A stretch of 64,000 nt of DNA from Fistulifera solaris (taxonomy: Eukaryota). A model generated the notes under the pieces. It searched no databases, was not told the DNA's origin, and saw only the letters and a program-made list of their open reading frames with translations. Location: contig AP026147.1 in NCBI GenBank assembly GCA_030295235.1, positions 310,001-374,000 on the forward strand, given 5' to 3'. The first letter of the stretch is position 1, and the number at the start of each line of letters is the position of its first letter. A program made the position numbers and the translations under genes. Positions 60,890 to 64,000 of this stretch are shown piece by piece.

Positions 60890-61510
60890 AAACAACGTAC
60901 TTGCAAGGCTCGTCGACGCAAAATATAATGAGTGTAAAGCAAACGCCCCAAAGACTATTCCATTGCAGCAACGACAAATGGAGGAGCTCATGATTTTTGC
61001 TGAACGAACGAAATTTAGGTGAGCGTTGTCGCCTAAACAAAGTTTGATTATTCATGACTGAAGTGCAGTCGTGGCGAATACGGACAACACTTTGGTCAAT
61101 AGTAGAATTTGGCAGACAACGTTTCGCAGGCTTTGCGCCGCAAAATAGCAATGCATATAATAAAACTCCGCTAAAAATCATTTCATTGCAACAGAGAAAG
61201 ATGGAGCCAAAGAAATTTGGTGAAAGAATGAATTTTAGGTAACATTGTCGGTCAAAAGAATATTGATTCATGACTGAAGTGCAGTCGTGTTTTTCCTTAA
61301 ACCATCACTTTAAGTCTATAGTACATAGAAGACAACGTTTCGCGAGGCTCTTCGACGTAAGATTAATTAACGTGTAATGAAAACGCTGCTAATGACTATT
61401 TCCTTGCAACAACGACAAATGGAGCTCAAGGTTTATTGCTGAACGAACGAATTGCGCGCAGCATGTCGATCGAAGGAATATCAATTCATGACTGAATTGC
61501 AGTCGTGGAA
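60890..61510. repeat. Three diverged tandem copies of a ~217-bp unit
   Basis: Anchors recur in register: ACAACGT at 60892/61116/61332, TTGCA.CA...ATGGAG at ~60963/61186/61404, and TCATGACTGAA.TGCAGTCGTG at 61052/61268/61486. Confidence 0.88.
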
Positions 61511-61740
61511 AAGTTGTTATACACTTTCGATTATAGTGAATTTAGTTTTCCTTTTTCTCGTGCTCCAAAACGTCTTACCCTAAACAAGTAACCTCTTATA
61601 ACGTTCGCGAACGCCTCCTTTTCATTATTCAACGTTTTTTTCTTTTCCGACACGAGCCTTCGAAGGGAAACGACAAACGACTCGAAATTCAAACGACACA
61701 CAATAGCATTCTGATAAACCATTTGTAAAAAAGAACAATC

Positions 61741-62461
61741 ATGGACTCTCCTGCTTGGTTACAAGACTCTTCGGCTGCTGCTGCTCCCGCTCCCGCTCCA
61801 CAAGTGGCTGCCGCACCGGTCGCTCCCGTGAACATTGGCGGTGATGATGAGCCAGCCGAGCCCGACCTTCCGGGTGTCATTCTTACCATGCGGCTTGCCA
61901 ACATGGGTGTTGCTGCCGCCATGATCGCTATCTCGGTATGTTATTTCGTAAGAATCTAGTCTGGTAATCTGGGTTCATTCTAACACAATCTTTTCGGCTC
62001 TAGGTGATTGGATTGATTGGATTTCCAGGGGCATCTGTAAGTCGTGAATTCAATATCATTCGCTTCTTTTGATATGATTTTCTGACAAACTTGTTTCATA
62101 ACAGACATTTGTGTTATCACTTTACGCGATTGTCGGCTCTACGCTGATTTGTTGCTTGGAGACGCAACTTAAATTCGTCCGAGTGATGATTGCTGTGAAT
62201 TTTGGCTTTTTGTTCAGTTCGATCTGGCGCTTTCTGTTTTACTTGCTTTTGGCGTCTATTGCATTCAGCTACGAAAAATTGCGGGGTCAAGTTGTCGGAG
62301 CTGCTTTTGTTGCCGTGGCTTTTTACAATACCTATGTCCTCTGTCGTTATCCTTCGTACCGGAAAATAAGGGAGAAAATTGCCGAAGAAGAAGATCGTCG
62401 CATTGAAGCCCGAATCAGCAAGGAGGTAAAGAAGCAGATGGCTAGCCAAGTCATGAAGTAA
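61741..62461 (+). CDS. COPI-associated / TVP15-like Golgi membrane protein; introns 61936-62003, 62037-62104
   Basis: Three exons join in frame; LICCLE...NFGFLFS..WRFLFY motif; four hydrophobic segments. Confidence 0.8.
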
Positions 62462-62580
62462 TGCTGCAATCAATGTAACGCTCGTGCTCTACAATAAAAA
62501 ATATTTTGTGAAAACTAAAATTCGTAGTTCTCTGGCTATCTATCTACTCGTTTAGCCCCAAGGAGAGAGAAATAAAATCA

Positions 62581-64000
62581 TTATGCAAATCGAACTCTAG
62601 AGATTCGTCTTGTGGCAGCAGCTGTTCGACCGCGGGTCCCGCTAAGAGCATGCATGAGTCCTTTCATGCTTCGACGTCGCGACACTTCTTTCCGCTTCGG
62701 CTTTTCGAAGAGCTTCAACTCATCTTCTGCAGAAAGGGGCCCCAAACTCAAATCGCTCTTTCGTCGATCCACCCGATTTTTGAAGCGCTCTTTCTCACGA
62801 GCTACAGCGTCACTGTAGTCCATTTCGCTAAAGTAATCCTGAGAAATAGCTCGCCAGTCTCGTTTCGATCCTGCCTCACCATGTTTTCTCGTTGGCTCCA
62901 GTTTCTGTATGATATCTGCCGTTCCTGTGAGCAGCGTAGGGACAAGTGTTCTGCTGCGTTCTTCGAGTGCTTGACGGAAGGTAGGAAGTGAGAATACTCC
63001 TCGTGGAGAGGATCGCAGTACAATCTCCATTGCCGCTTTTCGAAGGAAAGGTAACTCGTTCCCCGTTGTTCGTTTCTGTGACTCGCAAGCTTCGAGCGCA
63101 TCAACCACTGTATTCACACCAACAAGTTGGGCCGCAGCGATTTCGCACATGAGAGCCAGACGGGGAACAACTGCCTCTTCGGCTAAAAGTAGAGCAGAAA
63201 GCGCTGTTTGAAATGTGACTGTGGGTTCTCGCGATTCCCATTTTACTTTCTCAAGCAAAGACTTCGTGCTTGCTTTGACGAAGGCATCGAAGCCAAGAGA
63301 CTCGACTCGGTTCGTATAAAGGTATTCAAGAAGTATTCGAACAGCATCGGGGCCGTAGTTTGGGATTGTTACGCGGAGCAACCGAGGACGGTTGACGTCA
63401 AGATCGGATGCCACAGATGAATCATCCATTTCATTTCCAACGTTGTGTGTTTCTTGCTGATTGTCTTCGTCAAATGACACTAAATCATCGTCGTCGTCAA
63501 TTTCTATTTCTGCGGCCTCCATATGATTGGGCCGTATCGATATGTTAGGAACGTTCATTGGCTCAATTTCGTCTTCATCTTCTGATTCTTTTAAGACAGC
63601 AGGAGGAATTTTTGTATGCTGAGTCGTATCCTGGCCATTCGGAGTTGCATCTACAGAGACGACACTTCGACGGTCCTGTTCGTGACGAGCAGAAGCAATC
63701 ATTCTTCCAAGCCACGGACACCGCTTCGAGACAATGCCCGCGTGACATTGTAGTCCAGTCGTTATTAATCTCTGCACCGTGCCAGATTCGTCAACAACAA
63801 CTCCTTGACAATCCAATTCAACATCGGCATAGCGTGTTGCCACACCACCGATTGGTAACATGCTGCGAAGATGGATAAAGAAATTCCGATCGATATCTCG
63901 CTGGAGTCGCCGCAAATTCATATCCGCTTGTCGTTGCTTCGAACTTTCGGCACGCACGGTAATACGATCGTTTTTCATCAACGCAGCATCTTCTGCCTTA
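62581..64000 (-). CDS. BTB/POZ-domain protein, C-terminal part (5' end beyond the window)
   Basis: YADVEL...CHAGIVSKRCPWLGRMI [acidic insert] VTIPNYGPDAVRILLEYLYT...LLLAEE..VPRLALMCE. Confidence 0.78.
   Translation of the reverse strand, partial: KAEDAALMKNDRITVRAESSKQRQADMNLRRLQRDIDRNFFIHLRSMLPIGGVATRYADVELDCQGVVVDESGTVQRLITTGLQCHAGIVSKRCPWLGRMIASARHEQDRRSVVSVDATPNGQDTTQHTKIPPAVLKESEDEDEIEPMNVPNISIRPNHMEAAEIEIDDDDDLVSFDEDNQQETHNVGNEMDDSSVASDLDVNRPRLLRVTIPNYGPDAVRILLEYLYTNRVESLGFDAFVKASTKSLLEKVKWESREPTVTFQTALSALLLAEEAVVPRLALMCEIAAAQLVGVNTVVDALEACESQKRTTGNELPFLRKAAMEIVLRSSPRGVFSLPTFRQALEERSRTLVPTLLTGTADIIQKLEPTRKHGEAGSKRDWRAISQDYFSEMDYSDAVAREKERFKNRVDRRKSDLSLGPLSAEDELKLFEKPKRKEVSRRRSMKGLMHALSGTRGRTAAATRRISRVRFA

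Noticed and set aside
60890..61510. CRISPR-like array (palindromic repeat with spacers)
   Set aside because: The intervening sequences are ~195 bp and homologous to each other, there are no cas genes, and the context is eukaryotic.
1..64000. Numerous antisense or overlapping ORFs of 60-270 aa in the ORF track
   Set aside because: They shadow real genes on the opposite strand or in other frames, often start at non-ATG codons, and show no motifs.

Overview
This is gene-dense eukaryotic nuclear DNA, very probably from a diatom. It has short GT-AG introns of 60-100 nt, several proteins with bipartite signal peptide plus ASAF-type plastid presequences, and gene families typical of diatoms (TM-LRR, HSF, TKL-like kinase). 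About 30 protein-coding genes are supported. Many are split by single-base indels in homopolymer runs, which looks like unpolished long-read assembly error rather than biology. I saw no rRNA, tRNA, CRISPR array or transposase. Most interesting observations: (1) a head-to-head pair of paralogs sharing an unnamed ~85-aa basic domain that may be trihelix/Myb-like (13.8-17.3 kb); (2) a large disordered protein ending in a Cys-rich domain resembling the plant SBP zinc finger, lying between two TBL/PC-esterase paralogs (49.7-55.7 kb); (3) a three-exon 92-aa gene with a 13-nt microexon that the ORF track misses (12.9-13.4 kb); (4) a lumen-targeted glutathione-peroxidase-fold protein lacking its catalytic residues; (5) a linker-histone/DDT/WHIM/PWWP chromatin protein; (6) a ~210-220-bp intergenic repeat family at two loci 30 kb apart. 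All family calls are from motif recognition by eye; no database searches were run.
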